Assembly: GCA_951406725.2 (NCBI GenBank)
Contig: OX597840.1
Coordinates: forward strand, 23,188,001-23,252,000
DNA length: 64,000 nt
Direction of reading: 5' to 3'
DNA from: Octopus vulgaris
Lineage: Eukaryota
Shown here: one piece after another, positions 11,191 to 24,783 of the stretch
How positions within the stretch are numbered: position 1 is the first letter of the stretch
How the letters are laid out: each line of letters begins with the position of its first letter
The notes under the pieces: generated by a model
What the model saw: the letters and a program-made list of their open reading frames with translations, nothing else
Databases searched by the model: none
Told to the model about the DNA's origin: nothing
Position numbers and translations under genes: made by a program

Positions 11191-13876
11191 CCTCCTTAAT
11201 TCTTCTGTTCATCTGCTTCTACAACTCTCTCTCTTCTCTTTCCACATGACCCATAGGCCAGACTGCTAGCCCTCTTTTTGCATCTGACCACGGTCAGTGC
11301 AACATCGATATTCTTCCCTGTGTTTGTGGAAGTTCTGTATCTCTGTCGTAAGGCTTCATTTCCACACACAACAGCTGAATTCAATTCGTCCCCAGTCGAA
11401 AGACACCTGTTGTTATGTCCTGTTATTATTATTAATATTTTTATTGTATTTTGTATTTATATTTGTGTAACATCGTCTGTTTTTCCGTCCTTATTTTCGT
11501 ATACATTCCATGCTTTCTTCCAAGGAATCTAATGCTCTTAGCTTAGTTTTTCCTTGGGGCTGGCCAGATTGGAGCAATTTCAATATTAATTAGCCGAATT
11601 TGCGAGGATGATCTGGTTCTTTACTGGGGATGGAAAGCTTCAAATAACCCGTCCTTGCTTTTCATACTTTGGTGTGAAATAATTTTTTCCACAGGCTTTT
11701 TTGAGTGCATTTAACGATGCTCAGTCCAAACCCGCCACATTCTTCTGGAAAAGACAGGGGGACGGGTGATGGGAGACCTGGGAGTTTCCCACCAACAGAG
11801 TTTTGTTTTGTTTTTTTTTCTGGGTTATTTTACATGCTTTCAATGTATGTGACCTTGAAATCACGCATAAACGGCTCCTTTCCTCAGAAAAAGAAACATT
11901 CGGCTGCTATTTCTTGCATGCCCTGCTACCACGTAACAGCTATTTTGAGTCCTTTATCGTAAATATCTGTTATATGGTAACAGGGCATGCTAGAAATAGC
12001 AACCAAATCTTTGGAGGTGAGATACATTGAATGCACTTGAAAAAAACCTATGGAAAGAATTTATTTCACAGTGAGGTTATGAACAGGTCTTTTACGAAAT
12101 ATTTACAGTATTTCTAAAGCCATTTTCACTTTTAAATATTTTTTAAATATGCCAAAACAATTTTCGTAATGGTATTCAATTGAAAATAATAAAAAAATAA
12201 ATAAAATTGCCTGTTTAAAGAAAGCTAAAATATAAATACAAAAAAGCAAAAATAGAAACATTTCCTGTAAAAACAACTTTTTTTGTTGGCAAGTTAGTCA
12301 TAATGTGTCTAACCGAAAGGCTAGAAATTCTTCCTTTTCAGGGTTAAGTTATTTTTGGTGTATTTTCCCAATATGCACTGTTTTGGGTATTTATACCCAC
12401 CAAAACTTCTAATATCTCAAGAACCAGTTGTCTAATTCACGCGAAACTTGTTTCATTCCGTTTGTATTCACATTTCAGGAAAGTCTTAATTCATAGTATT
12501 TTCCCCATTATGTGCTATTTTGGCTATGTAACATTGGAAGCAAGATTGAAGTTCATTTTTAATGTAATATGTGTGTGTGTGTGTATAGGTCTGCCTACTT
12601 ACAACTGCAATACAAGTATTTAGTTGTGAATAAACCATTATACTTGGCACTTGTTGGCCAGGAGAAACTCTGAAAACCACATCAGTGGTAACTTGTAAGC
12701 CAAGGTGATGGGTCAGAGAGCCAATACACATTTCAATTTGTAGGTGTTGTAAAAAAACTTAGTTCAAGTAAAAAAAAAAATATTACTTTTCACTTTGTAT
12801 TGACCATCACAACCACCACCATCATCTGTCTCTCTCTACCTTTCTTTAATCTCTCCATCAGAACATTACCCACCTTCTAAAATTATATTACATGTACATT
12901 ATTTTTGTGGGAGGTTTGGATAATATTTTTTGCAAGGTAATTACATATCACATAAGGAGACCGGAGAAAAGTTTGATATTATTTATTCAGCATTACATGT
13001 GTTTCATTTCCTAATAGGAATCAAAAACTTTTACACATAGAGAAAACATGTAAGATATTTCCTATCAGAAATTCATCAGGCATACATATGTGTGTGTGGA
13101 CCCTTGTCCAGATATTTATGTGATGTTCGAAAAGGGCCATCATGACCGTCATACTTGTGCAGTTGTTCATTTCCAGTCCTCTGCGTAAAATATGTCTCAC
13201 CAGAGAAAATATTTCCTTGGTGGGAAACAAGGAAGCTATCAATGAATTCAATCTGATCCATAGAAGAATGTAAAAATGAATGTTAAATGATGAGGATCAT
13301 CATCATCGTAGTGATATGGTTCCTCTTCTGTTTGAATTCATTTATGTTATAATTGATCATTAACAGATATCTTAGGGTATGGCTATTCTTCATATTAACA
13401 GGACTGTGTATAATTAATTCACCATTTTGAAAGAATGATTCAGGTTTAACATCACAGTGATATGTTTTCCTTCCTCTGTCAATGCTCTTTTGATTCAATA
13501 ATGGATGATTTCATGTCAAAGATTTACTATAGATGTCACATTCATATCGTTTCTATATTCTGTGGATGTCTTTATGAGATACGTCCTTTGTCCTTCTGAG
13601 GAAATGTTATACAACAAATATCACTGTGTTATGGACCCACTTCATAAGGAAAGACTTCTGTTTAAATCAGAAATGATTTTGTTTAAATGATTTGCCAGAG
13701 ATATCACTGTGAATTGATTTTTCTTGAGTGTGAATGCATTTGTGTATAGTTAAGTGACTGTTTCCAGAGAACATCTTACCATAGATATCACAGGGTTTCT
13801 ACCCTGTATGAATACGGTTGTGGTGAGTTAAGTCACTGTTCTGAGAGAATGATTTACCACAGATATTACAAGGTTA

Positions 13877-14053
<177 letters not shown>

Positions 14054-14911
14054 TCATGTATGAATCCATTTGTGAGTAGTTAAGCTACCGCTATAAGAGA
14101 ATGATCTTCCACAGATATCACAGGAATATGGTTTCTCTTTTGTATGGATACGTATGTGATTGGTTAAGCTACTGTCACTAGATAATGATTTACCACAGAT
14201 ATCACAATGAAATGGTTTCTCTCCTGTATGAATACGTTTGTGGTTAGTTAAGTTACCACTTTGACAGAATGATTTACCACAGATATCACAGGTATATGGT
14301 TTCTCCCCTGTATGAATACGTTTATGTATAGTTAAGTTACCACTGTGATAGAATGATTTACCACAGATATCACAGTGATATGGCTTGTCCACTGTATGAG
14401 TACGTATGTGAATAGCTAAGCTATGATAACGAGAGAATGATTTACCACAGATATCACAGTGATATAGTTTCTCCCCTGTATGAATACCTTTGTGCTGATT
14501 TAAGTTACTGCCATTAGAGAATGATTTACCACAGATATCACAGTGATATGGTTTCTCTCCTGTATGAACCCATTTGTGAGTAGTTAAGCCACTGCTTTGA
14601 GAGAATGATGTACCACAGATATCACAGGAATATGGTTTCTCTCCTGTATGAATACGTTTGTGTTGAGTTAAGCCACTGTCCTGAGAAAATGACTTACCAC
14701 AGATATCACAGTGATATGGTTTCTCCCCTGTATGAATACGTTTGTGCTTAGTTAAGCCATCGCTTCGAGAGAATGATTTATCACAGATATCACAAGTATA
14801 TGGTTGTTCCCCTGCATGAATTTGTTTGTGTTGATTGAATTTACTTTCTTCAAAGAATGATTCTTCACAGATGTCACAGTCATATGGTGATTTTCCTAAT
14901 TCTTCCGACAT
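14054..14911 (-). CDS. C2H2 zinc-finger array protein (10 fingers)
   Basis: 285-aa ORF starting [10 protein letters not shown]; ends at a TGA within a linker; two more in-frame fingers follow to 13874. Confidence 0.9.
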   Translation of the reverse strand: MSEELGKSPYDCDICEESFFEESKFNQHKQIHAGEQPYTCDICDKSFSRSDGLTKHKRIHTGEKPYHCDICGKSFSQDSGLTQHKRIHTGEKPYSCDICGTSFSQSSGLTTHKWVHTGEKPYHCDICGKSFSNGSNLNQHKGIHTGEKLYHCDICGKSFSRYHSLAIHIRTHTVDKPYHCDICGKSFYHSGNLTIHKRIHTGEKPYTCDICGKSFCQSGNLTNHKRIHTGEKPFHCDICGKSLSSDSSLTNHIRIHTKEKPYSCDICGRSFSYSGSLTTHKWIHT

Positions 14912-15671
14912 CTCTTCAAGAAAAATATAATCAATCCTTCAAGTTGTACAGATCAACAACTTTTCAAAAATATTTCTCCTCTCACCAAAATATATGGATA
15001 TTTTGCTTCTTTTTGCTTTTATAGTTTATTCCAAACAAATATCACTTCTCTTATATTTCTTCTAAATGTGGTCAATGCCAATATTAAAAAATGTCGCAAA
15101 TACTCTTTGGAAATCTATCAAAGAATATTTAAAAGAGAAAATTATCTCTTGCACATTTCAGAAGTAAAGAAATGCTTTCTCGCTCAGAGGAAATATTTTA
15201 CTGTAATTCAGCAATGTTTTATAGAAGCAGGATTATACGTTTGTAGAATATCTTTGCAGAGTCTTTCAAACATGATACATATTGATGATTCTTTAAAAGT
15301 GAAAAATACTTTTTAGCCTATTTCATGTGATTTTCTGAAAGAATAGAAAAAACAATATAAGACATCAAGTATGTTTAAAAGGCAGATATTCAAAAGTGCA
15401 AATTTACGACATTTCTGTTCTCATAAATTGTAGAAGCAATCCTTTATCTGAACTATTAAATTTATCCAATTTCTGCATTACCAAAATGGTTATATCATAG
15501 AGTAGACACATCTATTATAATACCAACTCCTGGAATATAAAGTCTGTCATAGACACACTTCCACACACACATACACACCAATATACATATAAATGACACT
15601 AGATTTCTGATGTTTTCATTGCAGTCTTGTATCTTTGTTTACTAAAACAGATATCACTCTTTCTCTACCTT

Positions 15672-15967
15672 CATCATCATCGTTTAACATCTGCCTTCCA
15701 CGCTCACATGGGTTGTGAGGTTTGACTGAGGACTGGCAAGCCATGAGGCTGAACAAGGTTTCAATCTTATCAGGCAAAATTTCTACAGCTGGATGCAGTT
15801 TGAGCGTGTAGCAGTTGCCTTTTATGTGCCACGGAGCCAGTCAGGTAGCATTGGCATCGACCATGCTTGAAAGGAGCTCTGTATGTGCCACCGGCATGGG
15901 TACAAGTCAGGCAGCACCAGCATCAATCATGCTCGAATGGTAGTTTTTACATGCTACCTGCATGGGA
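15672..15967 (-). mobile_element. SINE/RTE tail fragment in ZNF intron
   Basis: CATCATCATCGTTTAACATCTGCCTTCCACGCT... is the reverse complement of the RTE 3' tail. Confidence 0.7.
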
Positions 15968-15999
15968 GCCATATATACAAATACATATATATATATATA

Positions 16000-18550
16000 G
16001 GGCTATTAGACAAAAGAAACAGGCTTGGAAGCTATGAGGCAGGTGCATTTAGCCAGAGGGGAAGCAGATAAGAAAAAATTTGCCAATGTTCTGCGCCGTG
16101 AGGATGAAAGACTTGAGGTATTTCGTGTTGCAAGACAGTGTGTGAGAGAGAATCGTGACATGGCAGGAGAGAAATGTGTTCGCAAGGATGACGGTTCACT
16201 TGCGCTAAATGAGGATGCAAGGAGAGAGGTTTGGAGACGCCACTATGAAAGGTTGCTGAATGAGGAAAATGAATGGGATAAAGAGAGTCTGCCAAATGTC
16301 GACCCAACAGAGGGACCAGCAATCCGAGTTGACAGTTCCTTAGTAGTTAAGGCAATTACAAGCATGAAAACAGGGAAAGCCTCAGGCCCAACAGGAATTA
16401 CTGCAGAGATGCTCAAAATATCTGGTAGTGTCAGCCATAGCCTAGTCACCCGTATAGTTAACCAGGTGATACATGAAGGAGTCATACCCAATGACTGGTG
16501 TCGCAGCATAATAGTCAACTGCTACAAAGGTAAAGGTGACGCCCTAGATACAAATAACTACAGGGGTATCAAGCTGCTGGATCAGGTAATGAAGGTTACG
16601 GAGAGGGTTATAGCCCAACTAATTAGAGAGAGGGTTAGCTTAGATGAGATGCAGTTTGGGTTCGGGCCAGGGAAAAGTACTACTGATGCTATATTCCTGG
16701 CAAGAGAGCTGCAGGAGAAATACCTAGCGAAAGATAAAACTCTGTACCTGGCTTTTGTTGACATGGAGAAAGCCTTCGACAGGGTCCCCCAATCCCTTAT
16801 CTGGTGGTCAATGAGGAAACTAGGGATAGATGAATGGTTAGTGAGAGCTGTGCGAGCCATGTACAGAGACGCTGCTAGTAAAGTGAGGGTTGGCAATGAG
16901 TACAGTGAAGAACTCCGAATAGAGGTTGGGGTCCACCAAGGTTCAGTCCTCAGTCCCCTCCTATTTATCATAGTCCTCCAGGCAATAACGGAGGAATTCA
17001 AGACAGGATGCCCCTGGGAACTCCTCTATGATGATGACCTTGCTCTAATTGCTGAGTCACTATCAGAACTGGAGGAGAAGTTTCAGGTGTGGAAGCAAGG
17101 TTTAGAATCGAAGGGCCTTAAAATCACCTAGCCAAAACCAAAGTCCTAATAAGTAGGAAGATAGACCAATCACAAACGCCTTCAGGTAGATGGCCCTGCT
17201 CGATCTGTAAAAAAAGGTGTAGGTAGAAATTCTATAAGGTGCACCAAGTGTAAGCTATGGACACATAAGAGGTGCAGCAATGTCAAAGAAAGGCTAACTA
17301 GGAAAATAGTTTTTGTCTGTGGCAGATGCTCAGGAGCAATAAACACCGAAAATGTGCAGAGACCAACTTCTACCACGTTCCAGGGAGAAAAACTAGAAGT
17401 AGTTGATAGCTTCCGCTACCTAGGTGACCAAGTCAGTAGCGGGGGTGGGTGTGCTAAAAGTGTAACTGCTAGAGTAAGAATAGCCTGGGCAAAGTTTAGA
17501 GAGCTCTTACCCCTGCTGGTGACAAAAGGCCTCTCGCTCAGAGTAAAAGGCAGACTGTATGATGCATGTGAATGTACAGCCATGCTACATGGTAGTGAAA
17601 CATGGGCTGTGACTGCTGAGGATATGTGTAAGCTCACTAGAAATGAAGCCAGTATGCTCCAATGGATGTGTCATGTCAGTGTTCATAATCAACAGAGTGT
17701 AAGTACCTTGAGAGAAAAGTTGGACCAAAGAAGCATCAGTTGTGGTGTGCATGAGACGATTGTGCTGGTATGGTCATGTGACGAGAATGGCTGAAGATAG
17801 TTGTGTGCAAAAGTGCCACACCCTAGCAGTTGAGGGAACCTGTGGAAGAGGTAGACCCAGGAAAACCTGGGACGAGGTGGTGAAGCACGACCTTCGAACA
17901 TTAAGTCTCACCAAGGAAATAACTAGAGACCGAGACCTATGGAAGTATGCTGTGCGTGAGAAGACCCGGTAAGACTAGTGAGACCATAACACGTGGCCTC
18001 TTCCTGGTATGTAGCCAGTCGACTTTACATACCTTTCCTTCTTGGGACACAAAACTCCACGTGTGAAGACCAGTTGAGGCAAGTGAAAATCAAAATCAAA
18101 CCAAATCAGATATCAAAAAGCAGAACCAAAATCGAAGTCGATCAACATCAATGGAAATCGCAGCTGTGATACCGGTGCCGGTGACAAGTAAGCAAACCAT
18201 CCGATCGTGGCCGTTGCCACGTAAAAGCACCATCCCGTTCGTGGCCGTTGCCAGCCTCGCCTGGTCCCCGTGCTGGTGGCACGTAAACCATCCTCTCGTG
18301 GCCGTTGCCAGTGGCACGTAATAGCTCCATCCGTTCATGGCCGTTGCCAGCCTGGCCTGGCCCCCGTGTCAGTGGCACGTAAAAAGCACCCACTACACTC
18401 ACGGAGTGGTTGGCGTTAGGAAGGGCATTCAGCCGTAGAAACACTGCCAGATCAGACTGGGCCTGATGCAGCCTTCTGGCTTCACAGACCCTAGTTGAAC
18501 CGTCCAACCCATGCTAGCTTGGAAAGCGGACGCTAAATGATGATGATGAT
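16000..18550 (+). mobile_element. 5'-truncated RTE-clade LINE (RT plus PHD-like finger), antisense in the ZNF intron
   Basis: RT motifs NYRGIKLL, QFGF, FVDMEKAFDRV, GVHQGSVLSPLLF, YDDDL (degenerate YADDL), FRYLG; C-terminus GRGRPRKTW; 3' UTR tandem repeats 18190-18390; (TGA)n tail; (TA)n on both sides. Confidence 0.93.
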
Positions 18551-18734
18551 ATATATATACGGTTAGCACAACGTTAATATTTTGGTGAGCATAAAAGATG
18601 AATAAATGTCAGTAAATAATATTGATGTCTCACTAACAGCATCAAAATCCTTAGTGGGGAAATTTTAACGTAGGAAAAATTATTGGTTGATGTGGAGAAT
18701 GAAAGCCAGATTCCTCCAAAGAGTTTGGTGCGTC

Positions 18735-18890
18735 CTGAAGAAGGCAATGTGCTGTTGAAATGGCCGCTACGTTCACCTGAGCTGACACCTTGCCATTTCT
18801 TTCTCAGGGAGGGCCTAGTCTATGTCTCCCCTCTTCCTGCAAGCCCAGAGGAACTTAAGCAGAGAATTATTACCAAACTGGTCGTGAGAT
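18735..18890 (+). mobile_element. Tc1/mariner-superfamily transposase C-terminal fragment
   Basis: KWPLRSPELTPCHFFL...LVYVSPLPASPEELKQRI resembles the WPPRSPDLTPCDFFLWG motif. Confidence 0.7.
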
Positions 18891-19169
18891 GTGCGAAAAA
18901 TAACAGCTAAATAGCTCATAAATCACAGTTGATTTTTTTCTTTTTTTGGTTGCATGACCGAACGAATTCTCGTACGCAAAAATTTCTAAAAATTCCCCCA
19001 AATAAAAATATGTGACGAGGGATTATATTAGGTGCTTAAAGCAGCACTCCACACACACAAAAATTAAATAAATTAGAAAACCGTATTAATTCTAACTTTT
19101 AATGATGCAGAAGAACCGCCAGAAATAAAGACTTCCTATGTCTCAAATAAAAGCTGTTCCATTTCCTCT

Positions 19170-19900
19170 CGATACGATATTTGCTTTTCGTTTCAGTATT
19201 TCAAGTGCACACTCGTATTTTTATACATTCCCCATTTCTTACTAATTACATCGTAATTTTCCCGCATTTAACGAAATTGTCGAATTTACACGTTAGAAAG
19301 AAAGATAAATGTTATCTAAACAAGGGATTGATCCGACGTTTTTACAAATAATTTTGAAAATAACCAAAAGTGCAATGAAATGTCTAAAAGAAAACGACAA
19401 CACAATGAAAATATTAAAATTACAGCCTTTCGTATAATTTCGTCTTAGTGAGATTTTTTTTCCTTTTAACTTTCTCAACACATCGAAACAAATAAATGTA
19501 CATAATACGACACATATATAATAGAAATGTTTAAATAAATACTTACATAGTAATAGATATGGAGAGAAAGAGTGAAGGAGGAAGATGTGAGAACTGGAGT
19601 CAGAGTGGACAACGACAGCTTCAAGAGAATTTCTAGGTTTCTACAACAAACGTTAATTAATATTTTTCAGGTCCACATAATCATAAATGCTGTATCTGTT
19701 TGTTTAGACAGTTAATTACCAATCATTTGTATATATTTGATTGGGTTCTCCTCTTAAATATCAGTCGTAAAGTGGAACTGATCAAACAATCAAGGTGCGT
19801 GAGAAACAAGAACAAGAAATACACTTAATGAGGAAGAGTTTTGACAATGAACAAAGGGAACTAACTCCAGTCTTTAAAGAATTGCGGCTTTACTTTAATA
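19170..19900 (-). promoter_or_regulatory. Promoter/exon-1 module of ZNF 14054-14911
   Basis: GGAGTTAGTTCCCTTTG on minus strand at ~19853-19869, CCAAT boxes, donor GTAAGT (ACTTAC 19541-19546); acceptor at 15335-15336. Confidence 0.7.
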
Positions 19901-20159
19901 GATTTGGTATTTTGTGAATGAGATTTCTTCAATATTCGGCTTCGTCACTGTTATTGTTATTATCATCAACCCTACCAGATCTTTTCCGTTTTGCGGCTAT
20001 GTGTGGAAATGTTCGAGTGTAGTGAAAATTTCAGTATTTCAGGAATCTTATAATTTTCCAGCTGAATTCCACGAGTTCGCTTTGATGCTGCTGTGTAAGA
20101 TTCAGTGCACATGCGCAGAATGGGATTACTTCCGGTTGGCCACCGGAAGTCTTCATCTG

Positions 20160-23100
20160 TTTTTTTTTTTTATTACCCACTAGGGGCGAACATAAAGGGG
20201 ACAATACAATCTGATGTGGGGTCAGATACACGAATGGGATTACAAAAAGATGAGGCGATGTTTCGCTTGTCGTAGCACAAGTTTCCGTCGATTTCCGTAA
20301 AAAACTTTTATTTTTTTACATAAGTAATGAGAGCGAAAGAGACTAAGAGGAAGCGATTTTATGACGAGGAAATTTCTCTTTGAAGTCCCCGTGTGTGTGT
20401 TTGATGGGGTGTGGGAGACAGACAGTATGTTGTGTAAGTGAAGTGCTTCTGTTAATGTGTGCGAAGAGACAGAGAGAGTAATGTGTGAAAGAGAGAGATA
20501 ACTGATTTTTTACTCGGTGTATGTGTATATGTATGTCTGCATGTATGTGTGTGTATATGTATCTATGTATGTGTGTGTATGTATGTATGTATGGCCGATT
20601 CAGTGTTTACATTTTTTACGGAAATCGACGGAAACGTGTGCTACAACAAGCGAAACTTCGCCAAAGAGGAATTTAAAAATTTACAAAAATGTGAAGAAAT
20701 CGAATGAAGAACAAACCGGAAGACATTACGGATGGAGTGGGAGCGGATTTAGCTCGGACCCCACGAGCCCCGCCTCCCCACTGATACTTTGGTTTCGTCT
20801 AGTATTACATTTATGTGGTATCATCCACTCGCAACTTTCGTGCTACATCCTTCCATCGTTCTTCATACACTCTCTTAGTCAGGCATTTTCTCTCCAGCTC
20901 TATCTTCCTTTTTAGGTGAAAGATGAAGTAATTCATCAATCCAGGGCCAGAGATGAACTTACCTGACCGTAAACCATTCATCCTAGTCTTCCAAATTACC
21001 TCTTTCGCAATTGCTACTACAACGAGAAAACAATTCTTACCTTCTTTCGCGAGGAAATCTGGTGGGTCAATTTTTGTAATAGACTCAGTCGACAGCTGTA
21101 CTCTTCGTGTGCTTGACAACAGCTGTTCGGCATAAACCCACACCCCTGACACGACCGAACAATGAACAATAGCATGCGGACGGTTTCCCTATCCCGCTCG
21201 CATCTTGGACATATCGGACTGCCCCGGCCACCGTGCCTTGCGAGTTTATCCCGGTAATTGTCCAAGGTCTTTGGCCCGAATGTACGTTGGAACAGACTGG
21301 CCAGCTGATTATCGTTGAGACCTAGGGCTTCCCCTAAGGTATCTTCACATTCCGCCTCTACCAACCCTCTATAGAAGAATGTGGTGGAACCCCCACCGCA
21401 GGCGTTGCCCGAACGACGGAATAGCAGGAGAGCCTTGCAACACTCCGTGTTCCATGTGCCCAGTTTCGATCTACGATTCAGTCAGGTTTCCCGTCCACCG
21501 AAACTAGTGAACTTGGGAAACATCAGTTTTGCTAGCGAAGACCACACCCATTCACCATCCAGGTAGAGCCACAGATGTCTTAACCTCAGCGCATGTCTGC
21601 GCATCATCAGCCAAGGCATCCCTAGTCCACCCTTTAACGGTTGTTGACAGCAAGTAGAGCATTTCACAAGTGGTTTCCCGCCCTTCCACAAGAAGTAGAA
21701 GAGCTGTCTTTCCAACTTGATCAACCACGAATCAGGGCAAGGAACGACGGATAGGCGGTAGGTGACAACCGATGCGATAAACACATTGGCTACCTCCGCC
21801 CTTCCTTTCAGAGATAGCCACCGCCAAGACCAGGTCTTGACTGCCGTAGCCACCCTGCTCGATACCTCGCCCCAGTTCTTCTCTATTTGGAGGTCTGGTC
21901 CGAACCAAACCCCTAGCAACTTAATCGGACCCTCTGTCCAACGTCCCACGACGCTGTCAGGCGGCATCGACTTGCCTCTCCAGGTGCCGAGCTGCAAGCC
22001 GACTGACTTTTCACGATTAACCTTTGCTCCTGTCACCGTCTCATAAACCTCTATGGCCTTGCCTACCCTCTGTAGGTGATCCATTTCGGTTACGATGATG
22101 GTGATGTCATCCGCGTAAGCTGACACCGATTTTCCACAACCTGGCTGTCTCGGGATGCCGCTCAGTTTTCGCAGTAGTGGCTCAAGAGCCACCACGTACA
22201 AAAGCGGGGAGAAATTTCTTTATTTGCAGAAATTTCTTTATTACAGACACCAGGTAACGATGGTCGACCCTATCGAATGCTTTAGATTGGTCTAAATGGA
22301 CCAGTGCCCCGCCCTTGCCAGAATCACTATTAAACCCCTCTATAGTGTACCGCATAAGATGGAGATTATCCTGGATGGATCTGCCGGGAACGGCATATGT
22401 CTGTGCCTCCCCTATCAGACCATCCACGACACGCGCCAATCTTTTCGATAACACTTTGGCCAAAATCTTCAACTCTGTGTTTAGCAGAGTGATGGGCCTG
22501 AAATTATCAATGCACTCCCCCTTCTTCGGGTCCTTTCTGACAAGTGTCACTACTTCCCAGCGCACAGATCTGGGTATGAACCCGTTCTGCTGCCAGTTTG
22601 CATAGACCTCCGTCAGTAGGTGACCGAACAAGTCTGGCATACTCTTATATAACTCATAGGGTAGACCATCCAAACCCGGCGCCTTGCCCACGCCGCAGTC
22701 CGCCATCGCCTTAAGCACCTCCTCAGGCGTGATTGGCCCCTCACAGCCCTCCGCATCTCGCCCCGATAGGCGCGGCAGCCCGTCGAGGAGGTCCGTAAAG
22801 ACCCTCCTGCTATCCAGTCCGCCGCCCCCACCGAAAAGCTGAGCGAAGTGCTCCTGAAAGGCCTCACACATCTCCTCGGGTTCATTTATCAACTTACCTT
22901 GTTGGTTCGTCAAAGATCGAATTGTGGCATCACTACCACGCTGAGCTTCTACCACTCGGGCCCATCTCACGGCGTTGATTCCTTCAGAACCCATTGCGCG
23001 GATCCTAGCCCTGACAATGCAGCCCATGTGTTTGGCCTCGAGGTGCTGGTTTAACACCAGTCTCTTGGCCCTCACCTGATCCGCAGAGCCAGTTTTCAAG

Positions 23101-23185
23101 GCTTCCTCTAATTCCTTAACTAGAGTTAATTCCCTCCTAGCCTCTCTAGCCACTAATCCTATGCTATATCTAATAGACTCGAATT
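20160..23185 (-). mobile_element. 5'-truncated, degenerate Tx1/L1-clade LINE
   Basis: RT pieces GKAPGLDGLP, NFRPITLLN, DQSKAFDRVDH, AYADDIT, CPRCE; poly-A end at ~20160-20172; internal deletion near 22210-22240; homologous to 36930-39530. Confidence 0.9.
20254..20662. mobile_element. MITE with GG termini in the Tx1 3' UTR
   Basis: ~50-bp TIRs GGCGATGTTTCGCTTGTCGTAGCAC / GTGCTACAACAAGCGAAACTTCGCC; 8-bp flanks AAAGATGA / AAAGAGGA (1 mismatch). Confidence 0.85.
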
Positions 23186-23196
23186 TGATGATATAA

Positions 23197-23460
23197 ATTT
23201 TCCGAGGCCTCTCCCCCACCCCCCTTTCGTGAGTGCGCGTTTTTTTGTCATATTCGTTTAGAGCAAGTTGTTTTACACATATTACACTATTTTTTTTTTG
23301 TTTTGGTGCCCGGGTCAGCCCCTCAGACGCTTTCGGAAATTCCCGATGTGAGTTTTCCGAGGCTTCTCCCCCACTCCCCTTTCGCGTGCGCGCATTTTTT
23401 TTTTCATATTCGTTCAGAGGAAGTTGTTTACACCTATTACACACATTTTTTTTTTGTTTC
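23197..23460. repeat. Two ~100-bp direct repeat units
   Basis: TTTTCCGAGGC.TCTCCCCCAC.CCC.TTTCG.G.TGCGCG...TCATATTCGTT.AGAG.AAGTTGTTT occurs at ~23197 and ~23354. Confidence 0.7.
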
Positions 23461-23712
23461 TTTCAATGGTGTAACGCTTTAGTTTAACCTTTCAGACGGT
23501 ATAGAGTACGATTATATAGAAATTTGTGGGGAAAATCTTTTCCGAGGGGGTGGGGAGAGGACGTCGGATAATTCACAAGATCCGAGTTTTTCCCTCATAA
23601 CTTTCAGGAAAATATAATCCTTTTGAAATTACAAATTAGGCTTTTCCTCAGGAACTTCGATGCTAAACATCCCTTTGAATGGTTCAGGTCTTTACTTCTA
23701 CCGTGTTTATAC

Positions 23713-23742
<30 letters not shown>

Positions 23743-23744
<2 letters not shown>

Positions 23745-23925
23745 GAAATGCTTAGCAGTATTTTGTCTGTCTTTACGTTCTCAGTTCAAAATCCGCCAAG
23801 GTCGATTTTGCCCTTCATCCTTTCGGGGTTGATAAGTTAAGTACGAGTTGTGTACTGGGATCAATCTAATTGACTGGCCCTTCCTCAAAAACTTCGAGCT
23901 TTGTGCCTTAGAGTAGAAAAGAATG
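23743..23925 (+). mobile_element. SINE fragment (second family)
   Basis: GAAATGCTTAG...GTTCAAAATCCGCCAAGGTCGA...CTTCATCCTTTCGGGG; same family on minus strand at 60028-60195. Confidence 0.7.
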
Positions 23926-24783
23926 TTGATACTTTACTGACTTTTCTCCATGTTTCAAGCTACACAGAATTTTGACATTAAGCTGCCCGTATCTATGTAT
24001 TTGTGTATTTAGGATGTACAGAATGAGGCAGAGGTGGAGTGATGTCTATGTTACCAAACAAAGCTGTGTTAATACGACACATGACTGAGATGAAACCATC
24101 AGATATCTAGTGCCATTGACATGTATATTGGTGTGTGTGTGTGTCTAGGACAGATGCAATGTCCAGGAGGTGTTATTACAATAGATATGTCTGTGATATA
24201 AACCTCTTGAAAATAGAGAGATGGGATAATTTTAATACTTCGTATAAAGAATTACTCCTACAATTTATGAAAACAGAAATGTCGTAAATTTGCACTTTTG
24301 AATATCTGCCTTTTAAACATGCTTTATGTCTTATATTATTTTTTCTATTCTTTCAGAAAATCACATGAAATTGGCTAAAAAGTATTTTTTACTTTTAAAG
24401 AATCATCAATATGTATCATGTTTGAAAGACTCTGCAAAGATATTCTACAAACGTATAATCCTGCTTCTATAAAACATTGCTGAATTACAGTAAAATATTT
24501 GCTCTGAGAGAGAAAGCATTTCTTTATTTCTGTGTCTGAAATGTGCAAGAGATAATTTTCTCTTTTAAATATACTTTGATAGATTTCCAAAGAGTATTTA
24601 CGACATTTTTAAATATTGGCATTGATCACATTTAGAAGAAATATAAGAGAAGTGATATTTGTTTGGAATAAACTATAAAAGCAAAAAGAAGAAAAATATC
24701 CATATATTTTGGTGAGAGGAGAAATATTTTTGAAAAGTTGTTGATTTGTACAACTGGAAGGATTGATTTTATTTTTCGAAGAG

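Noticed and set aside
11260-11720. Repeat-like, moderately GC-richer segment
   Set aside because: No TIR, TSD, coding motif or second copy found in the window; cannot be classified
23186-23444. N-terminal part of the 420-aa ORF 22182-23444
   Set aside because: Chance read-through from the truncated LINE into an unrelated direct repeat
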